Assembly: GCA_036252695.1 (NCBI GenBank)
Contig: GCA_036252695.1_4122.1
Length of the DNA stretch: 64,000 nt
Direction: 5' to 3' (one strand)
Source of the DNA: a phage
Below are positions 9,625-19,013 of the stretch, in pieces (position 1 is the stretch's first letter; each line of letters starts with the position of its first letter). The position numbers and the translations under genes are program-made. The notes below the pieces were generated by a model. It was given only the letters and a program-made list of their open reading frames with translations. It was not told the DNA's origin and ran no database searches.

Positions 9625-9654
9625 AGGGATCATATATTGGTCCCTTTTTCTTTT
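9625..9654 (+). terminator. rho-independent terminator
   Basis: 8-bp stem hairpin (agggatca / tggtccct) followed by a T-run after the pnk stop. Confidence 0.5.
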
Positions 9655-9685
9655 AAGGTACATTATAGTGAATGTAACAACACAG

Positions 9686-9844
9686 ATGTTATTACAAAAA
9701 GACTACTTAGAAAATATAGAACGATACTATAGATTGTCTTTGTATGAAAATAAGCATAAAAATTATAGTTTTGATAAACTACTAAATTCCAGTACTGATG
9801 ATTATCTATTTTCATCAATGTTTTATGTGAGAGGTTTATTATAA
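9686..9844 (+). CDS. possible small ORF (52 aa)
   Basis: ORF below the track cutoff in the 225-bp gap after the terminator; no clear RBS. Confidence 0.2.
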   Translation: MLLQKDYLENIERYYRLSLYENKHKNYSFDKLLNSSTDDYLFSSMFYVRGLL

Positions 9845-10104
9845 TGGATAAATTTCACACAGATATAACACAGATAGGTAATCTTATCAATAGTCTAATT
9901 ACTGATTTAGAAGAAAAGTACTTAGGTCGAAATGTATACGTAGAAATGTATGAAACATATGGTGTTATTGATATGATTTATTACAGTGCATTGAAGTGTG
10001 AAATACGTTTAACAGTATGTTTGTTTGAAAAAAATACATTCAACAGAAGTACTGCAATTCGCCAAGTTGGAGTTGATGATATAGAATTATACGAGGAACA
10101 ATGA
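9844..10104 (+). CDS. hypothetical protein, small paralog family
   Basis: 86-aa ORF with EEKYLGRNVYVEMY motif. Confidence 0.5.
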   Translation: MDKFHTDITQIGNLINSLITDLEEKYLGRNVYVEMYETYGVIDMIYYSALKCEIRLTVCLFEKNTFNRSTAIRQVGVDDIELYEEQ

Positions 10105-10355
10105 TGTTTGAGCAGGACTTAGAGATATTCAAAAGTCATATTGATTACTTGACTATATTAGAAAATGATTTAACTACAAAGTACAAAGGCATTCGTGTTC
10201 TGTGCTGGTATGATGATTGGGATTATAAACGTGAACTCACGATTGATCGAATTTATTTCAGTGACGGTGTACTAAATGTACATGGTGTAAATGATTTTGG
10301 TCATTCATATACATATTCTAATAATGCTAAATTTAAAAGGATCTACAATGAATGA
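10101..10355 (+). CDS. hypothetical protein, small paralog family
   Basis: 84-aa ORF, ATGA overlap; TTKYKGIRVLCWYD motif. Confidence 0.5.
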   Translation: MMFEQDLEIFKSHIDYLTILENDLTTKYKGIRVLCWYDDWDYKRELTIDRIYFSDGVLNVHGVNDFGHSYTYSNNAKFKRIYNE

Positions 10356-10650
10356 ATATTATCATAATTTATTCGATTACATAAAACTAATAGATGATCT
10401 TTCTTTTGAATTTCTCAGTACTGAAAAAGTTCTTGAACCTCTCTATTATGATTGTATTAGTTCACTATGTTTAGATGAAAAAGAGATATTAGCAAACAAC
10501 TTACCATCCACGGTCTGTACAATCAATGGTTCCAAGGCATTAGTGTGCGAGGTTAATTTTCATAAATCACTTAATACAATTGTTTACAAGTTCGATAACA
10601 CTTGGGTAAATCATGTAACCAGTAATATTAAATCTGTGAGATTTTTATGA
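10348..10650 (+). CDS. hypothetical protein
   Basis: ATG at 10348 after AAAAGGA, overlapping the upstream stop. Confidence 0.45.
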   Translation: MNEYYHNLFDYIKLIDDLSFEFLSTEKVLEPLYYDCISSLCLDEKEILANNLPSTVCTINGSKALVCEVNFHKSLNTIVYKFDNTWVNHVTSNIKSVRFL

Positions 10651-10943
10651 ATATAAAAAAATTATTTGAACAAGTAAATTTATTGTACTGGTGTTCAGAC
10701 GGTTCAGATAAGGAATATAGTGAAGTTTATTTAGAACTGTTTAGAACTGAAATTCATCAAATTCGAAGATACCTAATTGATAACAAAACTAAAGTACAAG
10801 TAAGATACCATAACGGTACTTTAAAGAATGGTGTAATTATTGGATTGATAGTTACACGAATGTCTAATAATATTAAAGTTGCAGTTAGATTAATGACTGA
10901 TGATGGTGTCTACACAATAGAAGCTAGTGAGATTATATATTAA
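10647..10943 (+). CDS. hypothetical protein
   Basis: 98-aa ORF with stop-start overlap. Confidence 0.5.
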   Translation: MNIKKLFEQVNLLYWCSDGSDKEYSEVYLELFRTEIHQIRRYLIDNKTKVQVRYHNGTLKNGVIIGLIVTRMSNNIKVAVRLMTDDGVYTIEASEIIY

Positions 10944-11249
10944 ATGGATATACAAACATTCAATAAACTTAAGTACTATGATGATGGTTTTGCATTAATA
11001 ATTAACGAACTTGATGGAATACCATACGAATATCATAATCAAGTAATGAAGATAATAAAATGTATATGTGAAGAATTAAAAAGTATATTTAAAAATGAAT
11101 ATGTTTATGATTTAGGTAATAATAGCAAAAAACTATACATAAAGAAATTCTGGGGAACGCATTGCGGTTTGATGGTCGATTTAGGTTTAAGTTTAGACGA
11201 TAATTCTGAATCATGTTCATTATATATAGATGAAATGCGAATATCATGA
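10944..11249 (+). CDS. hypothetical protein
   Basis: 101-aa ORF. Confidence 0.5.
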   Translation: MDIQTFNKLKYYDDGFALIINELDGIPYEYHNQVMKIIKCICEELKSIFKNEYVYDLGNNSKKLYIKKFWGTHCGLMVDLGLSLDDNSESCSLYIDEMRIS

Positions 11250-11306
11250 GACGTATCAGAATTCGGTGATATAATTTGATTACATCACCAATAGGGAGAA
11301 GTTGAA

Positions 11307-11633
11307 GTGAATGGTTCGTTTTTAACAATATTAGAAAAGACAACCGAGATGCTTTCTAGCTCGTTAATGCAGATTTTCAGTACTAATAATTTATACAATA
11401 CCCAGGTGTTAGATTCAATTAATAATAACTATGTGGTAAGTATATCTGATGAAATATGTCCATTTAACGCGTATTCAATTTATAGTGTAGAAGAGTTTCA
11501 TATATCCGAGATTCGATGTGGTTTTGGTGCTTGGTTAGTTCTAAATGAACGTTCAGGGTTGTCTTTATACATCGAAGAAGTTAGTAAATTTATATACAAA
11601 GGAGTAGAATATGTTAACCCCAATTATTCTTAG
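11307..11633 (+). CDS. hypothetical protein (GTG start)
   Basis: 108-aa ORF; GTG preceded by AGGGAG; weak extended -10 (TGATATAAT) about 35 nt upstream. Confidence 0.45.
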   Translation: MNGSFLTILEKTTEMLSSSLMQIFSTNNLYNTQVLDSINNNYVVSISDEICPFNAYSIYSVEEFHISEIRCGFGAWLVLNERSGLSLYIEEVSKFIYKGVEYVNPNYS

Positions 11634-12240
11634 CAGTGCATATGTAATCGGTATTATTATTTCTGGTATGCTTGCATATAACTATAACCGAAGTGTTCTA
11701 GGTTATGTAGTACTTGGTACAGTACTAAGTCCAGTGATTGCCATTGGTCTTCTTGTTATGCTAGGTGAGAAAAATACAAGCTTCTTTATTACTAAAGAAC
11801 TTGATAAAATCACTCCAGCACCAGAAACAGTTATTCCAGAAGTTAAAGAAGAAGTTAAAGAAGTTGAAGTTCAAATGCAAGTTAAAGTGTATAATACACT
11901 TGAAGAAACTGATCCTAAAGTTGTAGTGAATGTAGTTCCAGTCGTTGAAGATGTGAAACCAAAAGCTCCTAAAGTACAGAAAAATACTAAAACTGCAAAG
12001 AAAGCTCGTTACACTAAAGGTAAGAACAAAGGTAAATCTAAGGATGAACCACAACTAGGTGTTCATGACCATACTGCACAAATTGCAACGGCAGCGACCG
12101 CAGCAGCAATCGTAACATCACCAATCTACAACAATGATGATTACAGTGATTATAGCCGTCACAGCAGTTCTTCCTCTGATTCTTGTTCCTATGATAGCTC
12201 TAGTTCTGATTCAAGTTCATCGTCTGGAAGTTGTGATTAA
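11611..12240 (+). CDS. membrane protein with low-complexity tail
   Basis: Two N-terminal hydrophobic segments, then PEVKEE repeats and a Ser/Asp-rich C-terminus; AAAGGAG RBS. Confidence 0.55.
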   Translation: MLTPIILSSAYVIGIIISGMLAYNYNRSVLGYVVLGTVLSPVIAIGLLVMLGEKNTSFFITKELDKITPAPETVIPEVKEEVKEVEVQMQVKVYNTLEETDPKVVVNVVPVVEDVKPKAPKVQKNTKTAKKARYTKGKNKGKSKDEPQLGVHDHTAQIATAATAAAIVTSPIYNNDDYSDYSRHSSSSSDSCSYDSSSSDSSSSSGSCD

Positions 12241-12569
12241 TGTCAATGAAACCACTAATTCAACATAATATTTTTTATAGGTCATTATTCAAAATTCAAG
12301 ATGATTTTTATCAGACGTTGAGTAATGATCTTATAGGTAAAACTGTACGATATTCGGAACAATACATCAAACGTATGACAAGTGAGTATATTGACCCTGA
12401 ATACGAATACGACATTGAACACATTAATCCCAATACTAGAATGAAAATCATTGAGATATTTAAGAATGGGAGAACTATAGGTGCTGAAATTGAGTACTTG
12501 AATTGTGATTGTTACATAGATACCGAGTTAAGTTTGGATTATCTTGTTTTAGTGGATGATGAGGAATAA
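12240..12569 (+). CDS. hypothetical protein, small paralog family
   Basis: 109-aa ORF with LIGKTVRYSEQY motif. Confidence 0.5.
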   Translation: MSMKPLIQHNIFYRSLFKIQDDFYQTLSNDLIGKTVRYSEQYIKRMTSEYIDPEYEYDIEHINPNTRMKIIEIFKNGRTIGAEIEYLNCDCYIDTELSLDYLVLVDDEE

Positions 12570-12571
12570 TT

Positions 12572-12787
12572 ATGATAACATTTTTTGCAATATATGGTTT
12601 TGTAGCATTTGTTACATTTATAACCAACTTTCTAGTACTTAATTGGGGTTGTTTTAAAGATGAAATCATGATTATCATGAATCTCCAAACAGCAGCACTG
12701 ATGGCTATTATTTGGCCTGTAACATTAGTATATATTTTTATTTCACTTACCCAAGATATTATTAACAAATATAAGAGAAAGAAATAA
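12572..12787 (+). CDS. small membrane protein
   Basis: 71-aa ORF with two hydrophobic helices. Confidence 0.45.
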   Translation: MITFFAIYGFVAFVTFITNFLVLNWGCFKDEIMIIMNLQTAALMAIIWPVTLVYIFISLTQDIINKYKRKK

Positions 12788-13038
12788 TGTTCAACACTGA
12801 CTTATCACATTTGCGATATCTTATGTCTTTGGCTGATGATTTTATAAATGATCTGAAGCCAAAATATATTGGTCAAGAAGTACGATTAATAAACTCCAGA
12901 GGGTATGGAAAGTATATTATTACTGATATGTATATTAGTGGTGGTGAATGGCGTTTTAAAATTAATACTTATCTTAAAGATGGTTCTTTTGCTGGAACAC
13001 AAGTTACTAAACACACTAATATTATATGGTTGGAGTAA
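12787..13038 (+). CDS. hypothetical protein, small paralog family
   Basis: 83-aa ORF with KPKYIGQEVRLIN motif. Confidence 0.5.
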   Translation: MFNTDLSHLRYLMSLADDFINDLKPKYIGQEVRLINSRGYGKYIITDMYISGGEWRFKINTYLKDGSFAGTQVTKHTNIIWLE

Positions 13039-13040
13039 TA

Positions 13041-13784
13041 ATGAAACACTTCTTAGAAGTAACTGTACCTGATGATAAAGATTTATACATTGTAGGTGAT
13101 TTGCATGGTAATGGTAAACTATGGGATGCTACAGTGAAAGAATTTGGTATTACACACAATGATTATGTTTTCAGTGTAGGTGATATTATCGACCGTGGAG
13201 AACAAAATTCAAAGCTCCTTTTTGAATTTTTGTTCGGAGAAAATCGTTACATGATTGCGGGTAATCATGAGATGATGTGCGTTGATTCGGAAACACTTCG
13301 AGATTGGTATCATTGTTGGATAAGTAATGGTGGTGATAAATTCCTTGATGAAGTTGGAGGAACAGGCATTCAATTCTTTCGTCAGTACTTAAAGGATCTC
13401 CCTATGATTATCCAAATCAATCACCGAGGATTGAAGATTGGGTTAGTTCATGCTGGAGTTCCGTTGGAATATACAACATGGGAACGATTTGTTAATGGGA
13501 CAAAATCACTTAGTGCTGATATAATTGATAAGTGCTTGTGGGATAGAAAAACATTCGATTATTGTAGAACTAATAATACATATTATGCACCTAAGTTAGA
13601 TGGAGTGCATTGTGTCTTTAGTGGACATACAGCAGTTACAGACCCACTCATTTACGGTAATCGCATTTGGATTGATAGTCAGTTCTTGACGGGTGACTTA
13701 ACTCTCGCTACTCCACAAAGTGGTGGGATGAGATACTTACGTAAAGAAAAAGATGAGTACTCATTCAATCGTTTCAAAAGGTAA
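13041..13784 (+). CDS. Ser/Thr protein phosphatase (calcineurin-like metallophosphoesterase)
   Basis: GDLHG, GDIIDRG and GNHE metal-binding motifs in canonical order; ATG at 13041 after GGAG. Confidence 0.75.
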   Translation: MKHFLEVTVPDDKDLYIVGDLHGNGKLWDATVKEFGITHNDYVFSVGDIIDRGEQNSKLLFEFLFGENRYMIAGNHEMMCVDSETLRDWYHCWISNGGDKFLDEVGGTGIQFFRQYLKDLPMIIQINHRGLKIGLVHAGVPLEYTTWERFVNGTKSLSADIIDKCLWDRKTFDYCRTNNTYYAPKLDGVHCVFSGHTAVTDPLIYGNRIWIDSQFLTGDLTLATPQSGGMRYLRKEKDEYSFNRFKR

Positions 13785-13789
13785 TAATT

Positions 13790-14059
13790 ATGCATGATGT
13801 AGTTAAAAAATATTTGAATGATAGATATATTATGAAAAAATCTATTAATTCTATCCTAAAAGACCATGCAAATCAAATACGTGAGATTCTATCAAATAAA
13901 CTTATTGGTTGTTCAGTTGAGTTCAACTACAAAAAGAATGTCGTGAAGGTTGGAGTTATTAAACGTGTAGTTGCTGTTTATGACCAAGATGTATATGTTG
14001 AAATAGAATATGATGGTAAATTATCACAATTAAGTACTGAAGATTTAACATTTTTATAA
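13790..14059 (+). CDS. hypothetical protein, small paralog family
   Basis: 89-aa ORF with SNKLIGCSVEF motif. Confidence 0.5.
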   Translation: MHDVVKKYLNDRYIMKKSINSILKDHANQIREILSNKLIGCSVEFNYKKNVVKVGVIKRVVAVYDQDVYVEIEYDGKLSQLSTEDLTFL

Positions 14060-14069
14060 GGAAATAGAA

Positions 14070-14297
14070 ATGAAAGTAATTCAAGTTATGGTAGAAAAAT
14101 ACCAAACTGAAGATGGTCGTATTTTTGATTCAGCTAAACAAGCTGAACACCATGAACGTATTATTTCTGGTGCACGTAAAGTATGTCCTACATGTAATGG
14201 AACACAACAAGTACCGTCAGAAGATTACCGCAGCTTTTATGCTTGTCCACACTGTGATGGGAAAGGCTACGTAGAAAAACAAGAGGTATGGAAATGA
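14070..14297 (+). CDS. small zinc-ribbon protein
   Basis: 75 aa with CPTC ... CPHC cysteine pairs. Confidence 0.45.
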   Translation: MKVIQVMVEKYQTEDGRIFDSAKQAEHHERIISGARKVCPTCNGTQQVPSEDYRSFYACPHCDGKGYVEKQEVWK

Positions 14298-14707
14298 AAT
14301 TGTATTGCTTAACTAATATGTACTGCCAAGGTGTCCAAGCTGGTATTCAAGCATTCCATGCTGGTGTTAAACTAATTAAAGAATATGAAGGTACTGCTTT
14401 CAGTACTATTATTGATGAATGGTACTATGAACACGAAACTATTGTAGTACTAAATGCTGGTGGACATGATAAGTTAAATTCTTATTATAACAACCTTAGC
14501 AAACAGGGAAAAGTTCCGTTTGCCAAATTCAATGAAGCTGGATTGAATGATGCTATTACCTGTGTAGCAGTACTGTGTACGTCTGAAATGATTGAAGACA
14601 TGGCTGTTATGCGTATGAATCTTCCTGCTGGTGATCAACTAATGCAAGTAAAATATGGTGCATTGTTTGACACATTAAAAGCAATCAGTACAATGAGGAC
14701 TATTTGA
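14288..14707 (+). CDS. hypothetical protein
   Basis: 139-aa ORF with stop-start overlap. Confidence 0.5.
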   Translation: MEMKLYCLTNMYCQGVQAGIQAFHAGVKLIKEYEGTAFSTIIDEWYYEHETIVVLNAGGHDKLNSYYNNLSKQGKVPFAKFNEAGLNDAITCVAVLCTSEMIEDMAVMRMNLPAGDQLMQVKYGALFDTLKAISTMRTI

Positions 14708-15906
14708 TGGATTTTCCAGAGAAGTTATTTGTTGCACGTTCCTATGTAAACCACAACCAAGTTGATGGTTTTATTATCGATGCAACAAAATCACATACAA
14801 AAGCGTTTGAAACAAAGAAAGAGAGAGCAGAGTACTGGGCAAAGAAGAACAATCTTCCATCGTTATATATTGACAACGTTCCAACTACGGGATTTTGTGT
14901 AGTTGATAAATTAACAACTCATGCACGAGAAACATATTTCACGATCCGTCACCCAGAAGGATTTGAATTTATGATTAGTGCAAAAAACATGAATGATTTA
15001 ATTATCAATAACGATATAATCAAAGGTGTTTTTGTAGACCCAATGTTTTTCAACAATAACTTAGAATTAATTAATGGTAAAACAAAAACGTTTGCTAAGT
15101 TAGTTGAAAAAGAAAATAAAAAAGAACAACAAAAAGAAACTGTAGCAGGTCTTAAAGTTGGTGATGGTTTCACTTATCTTAAAGAAGATTACTATTACTG
15201 CGGTAAAGTACATGCAATTTGTATAAAGAAAACTAAAGAATTTGCATATCCCGACAAAAGTTCAGTTTATCATTTACTTTTTAACAGTACTCGTGGAACT
15301 TATGCATTGAATCAACGTTTGGATAATTACAATCTTGAACCTCGTGCACTCTTGAATAAGAAGACTACGGCAGATGAAGAAATTAAACTTGCTAATGAAT
15401 TTTGGCAAAGCTATAGAACAAACAGACATAACCCATTAGGTGAATCTAACATTCCAGTACTGGTACACAATAAATCATTTAAAGCAAAAGACCTTAAAAT
15501 TAAATACGAAGAAATAAATGTTGATGATCTTATGAATAATGGACGTTTCAACGAGAACGTACCATTTATGACTAAAGATAATGAACAAACATATCGCGTA
15601 TTTTTTGGTGTAAGTAATAATACAACGCGTAGTTATTATGGACGTAGCGGGGATTATAATATTCATTATAATGATAAATTTGAACGCTTTAGTGCATACC
15701 CAGTTCAAATTGATGATAATGGAATTATGTCAATGGATGTTGATATTAATGAGCACACATCATTTAGTACATGGAACGGTTATCGTTCACCATTCTTCCC
15801 ACCAAATGAACGCAAAACATCAAGTTCTCGTTACTACCAAGATAAGCCGTGCCACGTCCAGCTATCAATTAATAATCCACTTTATATTGGAAAGTATTAT
15901 CTATAA
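14704..15906 (+). CDS. hypothetical protein
   Basis: 400-aa ORF with ATGA overlap; no motif recognised. Confidence 0.55.
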   Translation: MMDFPEKLFVARSYVNHNQVDGFIIDATKSHTKAFETKKERAEYWAKKNNLPSLYIDNVPTTGFCVVDKLTTHARETYFTIRHPEGFEFMISAKNMNDLIINNDIIKGVFVDPMFFNNNLELINGKTKTFAKLVEKENKKEQQKETVAGLKVGDGFTYLKEDYYYCGKVHAICIKKTKEFAYPDKSSVYHLLFNSTRGTYALNQRLDNYNLEPRALLNKKTTADEEIKLANEFWQSYRTNRHNPLGESNIPVLVHNKSFKAKDLKIKYEEINVDDLMNNGRFNENVPFMTKDNEQTYRVFFGVSNNTTRSYYGRSGDYNIHYNDKFERFSAYPVQIDDNGIMSMDVDINEHTSFSTWNGYRSPFFPPNERKTSSSRYYQDKPCHVQLSINNPLYIGKYYL

Positions 15907-15917
15907 AGGAATATACA

Positions 15918-17336
15918 ATGAGCATTTTAGCAATTCTTGAAAGCATTAAAAATACTAGCAGTACTCTAGGCAAAAAAGCTATTCTTGAACAAAATAAAGA
16001 TAATGTAACTTTACAAAAAGTACTGAAATATACACTCGATCCTAGTATTGTAAGTGGGTATAAAAAGCTACCAGACGCTGATAACGTGTATCAACATATG
16101 ACCTTGGATGAAGCTATTGATAAACTAGAATGCATCTATAAGCGTGCATTGACGGGACATACAGGGCGTGATTTCATTGCTTCAGTACTAGGTAGTGTGA
16201 GTCCAGATGATGCTGAAGTTCTTCGTAAGATGCTTACAAAGAACTTAGATTGTGGTATTCAAGAAAAGAACTGCAATGATGTATTTGGTAAAGGATTTAT
16301 TAAAGATGAACCATATATGCGTTGTTCTTTGCTTGATAAAAAGACTGTTAAGAACATCAACTTCAAAGGTCATGGTTATGCTGTCTCCGAGGTCAAGATG
16401 GATGGTCAGTACTTAAACCATGTAGTCATTAATGGTGCTCTTACCTCTTCCTCCCGTAATGGTAAACTATATGACTTCTTAGGTTGTCGTGATGGTGAGA
16501 TGGCAGGTCTTGCACATCAAATTCAAATGAATGATGAACGTTTTAGTAGTGGTGTCGTCTTTATGGGTGAAGGTCTAGTACTTGATAATGACGGTGAAAC
16601 TATTCTTCCACGAACAACTGGTAATGGTATCATTCAGAAGGCTGGTAAAGATAGTATTAGTCAGAATGAAGCAATGCGTACTGTATTTGTACTATGGGAT
16701 GTTGTTCCTTATGATGCATTCTGTGAAGGTACATGGAATGTAAAACGTAAAGAACGCCGAGAACTTCTTGAATCTGCCATCAATGCATTGGGTAGTGATT
16801 TTGTACGTATGGTGAAATACCGTAAGGTTCAAAACATTAAAGAAGCATTTGAGTACAATAACGAACTCATGGATCAGGGTGAAGAAGGTTCAGTACTGAA
16901 ATGTGAAGATGGTATCTGGAAATCACATACATCTCCTAAGCAGTTGAAAGTAAAACTAAAAATGCAATTGGATTTGCGTATTGTTGGTTTCAACGAAGGT
17001 GAAGGTAAGCGTAAAGGTTCACTTGGTTCTTTACAACTTGAAAGTGCATGTGGCACACTGAAGGTAAATGTAGGAACAGGTATCCGTGAAAAAGATGCAG
17101 AGTGGACATTCAAAACCATTTGGGAACGAATGCAAGAACTAATTGGTAAAGTCGTTACCGTTGAGTGCAATGAGATTGTAATCGACAAGCGTACAGGTGA
17201 ACCATCACTATTTTTACCAGTGTTTATTGAATTTAGATTTGACAAAAACACATGTGACGATTATACTCGTATTTTAGAAATTCGTGATAGTGCTGTTGAG
17301 GTATTCTCGAACAGTATCATTGAAGCACTTAGCTAA
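15918..17336 (+). CDS. ATP-dependent DNA ligase (T4 gp30-like)
   Basis: 472 aa; KxDG adenylation motif (EVKMDGQ); N-terminus (ILEQNKDN) colinear with T4 DNA ligase as recalled. Confidence 0.85.
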   Translation: MSILAILESIKNTSSTLGKKAILEQNKDNVTLQKVLKYTLDPSIVSGYKKLPDADNVYQHMTLDEAIDKLECIYKRALTGHTGRDFIASVLGSVSPDDAEVLRKMLTKNLDCGIQEKNCNDVFGKGFIKDEPYMRCSLLDKKTVKNINFKGHGYAVSEVKMDGQYLNHVVINGALTSSSRNGKLYDFLGCRDGEMAGLAHQIQMNDERFSSGVVFMGEGLVLDNDGETILPRTTGNGIIQKAGKDSISQNEAMRTVFVLWDVVPYDAFCEGTWNVKRKERRELLESAINALGSDFVRMVKYRKVQNIKEAFEYNNELMDQGEEGSVLKCEDGIWKSHTSPKQLKVKLKMQLDLRIVGFNEGEGKRKGSLGSLQLESACGTLKVNVGTGIREKDAEWTFKTIWERMQELIGKVVTVECNEIVIDKRTGEPSLFLPVFIEFRFDKNTCDDYTRILEIRDSAVEVFSNSIIEALS

Positions 17337-17355
17337 TCATTTATTGGAGGTAATT

Positions 17356-18147
17356 ATGAAATTTGTTGTAACATCTGACGTACACGGTGGAACTGATTAC
17401 CTCCATAGCGGTGATTACAGTGATGTAGTACTGATCATTGCTGGTGACTTTGATGAAGTGAAACGTAGTCGTTATCGTACTGGGATCGAAGAACTGTGTA
17501 AGCAGTTCTATAAGGTAGTACTGGTTCCAGGAAATCACGAATACTACGGTTCCAATATCCAAAAGACGCATCAAGTACTGTCCGATATGCAAGATGAGAT
17601 TCCTAATTTTATCTTTTTGCAAAACAAATTTGTATGGCTGGATGGAGTACTGCTTGTTGGTAGTACTCTGTGGACAGACTTCGATAAAGGTAATTCTTTG
17701 ACGAAGTTTGATGCTCGTCAGAAGATGAACGATTACAAACATATCCGTCATGGAACAACATCAGAGCCTTGGCGTAAGAAACTGACACCTGATGATACTG
17801 AGTTTATGCATCACAAAGATAAACAATTTATCAAAAATTCTATTGACACAGTTCGCTTTATGCATGATAATGATTTCAAGGTCATCGTGATTACTCATCA
17901 CGCACCAAGTTATCAAAGTGTTTCACCAAAATATAAAAATGATTCACTAAATGGTTGTTACTGTTCCGATATGGATCAGTACATTGAAGATTTGGGTGCT
18001 GATGTTTGGATTCATGGTCATGTTCATAGTAGCTTTGACTACCACATTGGTAAGACACGTATCATTTGTAATCCACGAGGCTATGAATCGTATAGTGGAG
18101 CTTGTGAGAATTTTGATTACAATCCTAAATTTGTATTTGAAATTTAA
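17356..18147 (+). CDS. metallophosphoesterase
   Basis: SDVHGG, AGDFD, GNHEYY and GHVHSS motifs; ATG at 17356 after GGAGG. Confidence 0.7.
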   Translation: MKFVVTSDVHGGTDYLHSGDYSDVVLIIAGDFDEVKRSRYRTGIEELCKQFYKVVLVPGNHEYYGSNIQKTHQVLSDMQDEIPNFIFLQNKFVWLDGVLLVGSTLWTDFDKGNSLTKFDARQKMNDYKHIRHGTTSEPWRKKLTPDDTEFMHHKDKQFIKNSIDTVRFMHDNDFKVIVITHHAPSYQSVSPKYKNDSLNGCYCSDMDQYIEDLGADVWIHGHVHSSFDYHIGKTRIICNPRGYESYSGACENFDYNPKFVFEI

Positions 18148-18159
18148 TGTGAGGATACA

Positions 18160-18543
18160 GTGTCATTAATTTATTTTGAACTGCCAGAATATACCAATTA
18201 TCCAAGCCGAGTTATTTGCTCAGTTTATAGTAATGCATATCATCACTTGTTAGTGAATAGTAATAAAGCTGTGCATTATTATCGAAATAAAGAACCACGT
18301 ACATTAAAGAATCGTTATGGGTTTGACCCAACTAACACTGAAGTTGAACTCTGTGATCTGTTCGGGGAAGTAATGGTGGTATTGAAACGAGATATTCATC
18401 TTTTCCATACATACAAACTTAATCAGTACTTTATGGAAACACTGTCTATACGTTCCCATGCTCCGATGATTAAAGTTGATTTGAATTATGTTGATGATAA
18501 ATTGAAATATGATTTCATTAATTCACTTGTTTATTTGGAGTAA
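18160..18543 (+). CDS. hypothetical protein
   Basis: 127-aa ORF. Confidence 0.5.
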   Translation: MSLIYFELPEYTNYPSRVICSVYSNAYHHLLVNSNKAVHYYRNKEPRTLKNRYGFDPTNTEVELCDLFGEVMVVLKRDIHLFHTYKLNQYFMETLSIRSHAPMIKVDLNYVDDKLKYDFINSLVYLE

Positions 18544-18544
18544 T

Positions 18545-18949
18545 ATGAATATACGTTCAGTACGAATATTTTCATTTGTTGATATGAATAAAAAACACTC
18601 TTATGTGTTTGAAAATGTCAATAAGTTAAATCCTCATACGGCAAAAATGATTGAAACCATGAAGAACTTGAGTTTACATATAGAAGTTTACTATCTTCAT
18701 GACGATTCTGTTTATGTATATGATGATGGATGGTATGACGGTGTGTTTTATGATGACATTAGCACTACTGCTGATTACTACTTTCTAGTGAGTAATCCAC
18801 TATTCAGTACTAAAACTTTGTTTGACATTACCGATACAAGCGTGTATGATACAAGTCATGTTGAGTTACTTAAGTTTGATCCAGTATTATTCAACAAAGA
18901 GACGGCGTATTGGATGACTGATTTCTTTTCAAATATTCCAGTAAAATAG
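18545..18949 (+). CDS. hypothetical protein
   Basis: ATG at 18545 directly after the upstream stop; reading frame of track ORF 18509..18949. Confidence 0.5.
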   Translation: MNIRSVRIFSFVDMNKKHSYVFENVNKLNPHTAKMIETMKNLSLHIEVYYLHDDSVYVYDDGWYDGVFYDDISTTADYYFLVSNPLFSTKTLFDITDTSVYDTSHVELLKFDPVLFNKETAYWMTDFFSNIPVK

Positions 18950-18951
18950 TT

Positions 18952-18979
18952 TGGACATTTTAAATCTTAGTGATATAAT
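18952..18979 (+). promoter_or_regulatory. sigma70-like early promoter
   Basis: tggaca, 16-nt spacer, TG-a-tataat, about 35 nt upstream of clpP. Confidence 0.55.
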
Positions 18980-19013
18980 ACTCACAACAACGAAATAATA
19001 GAGGAAATTAATA

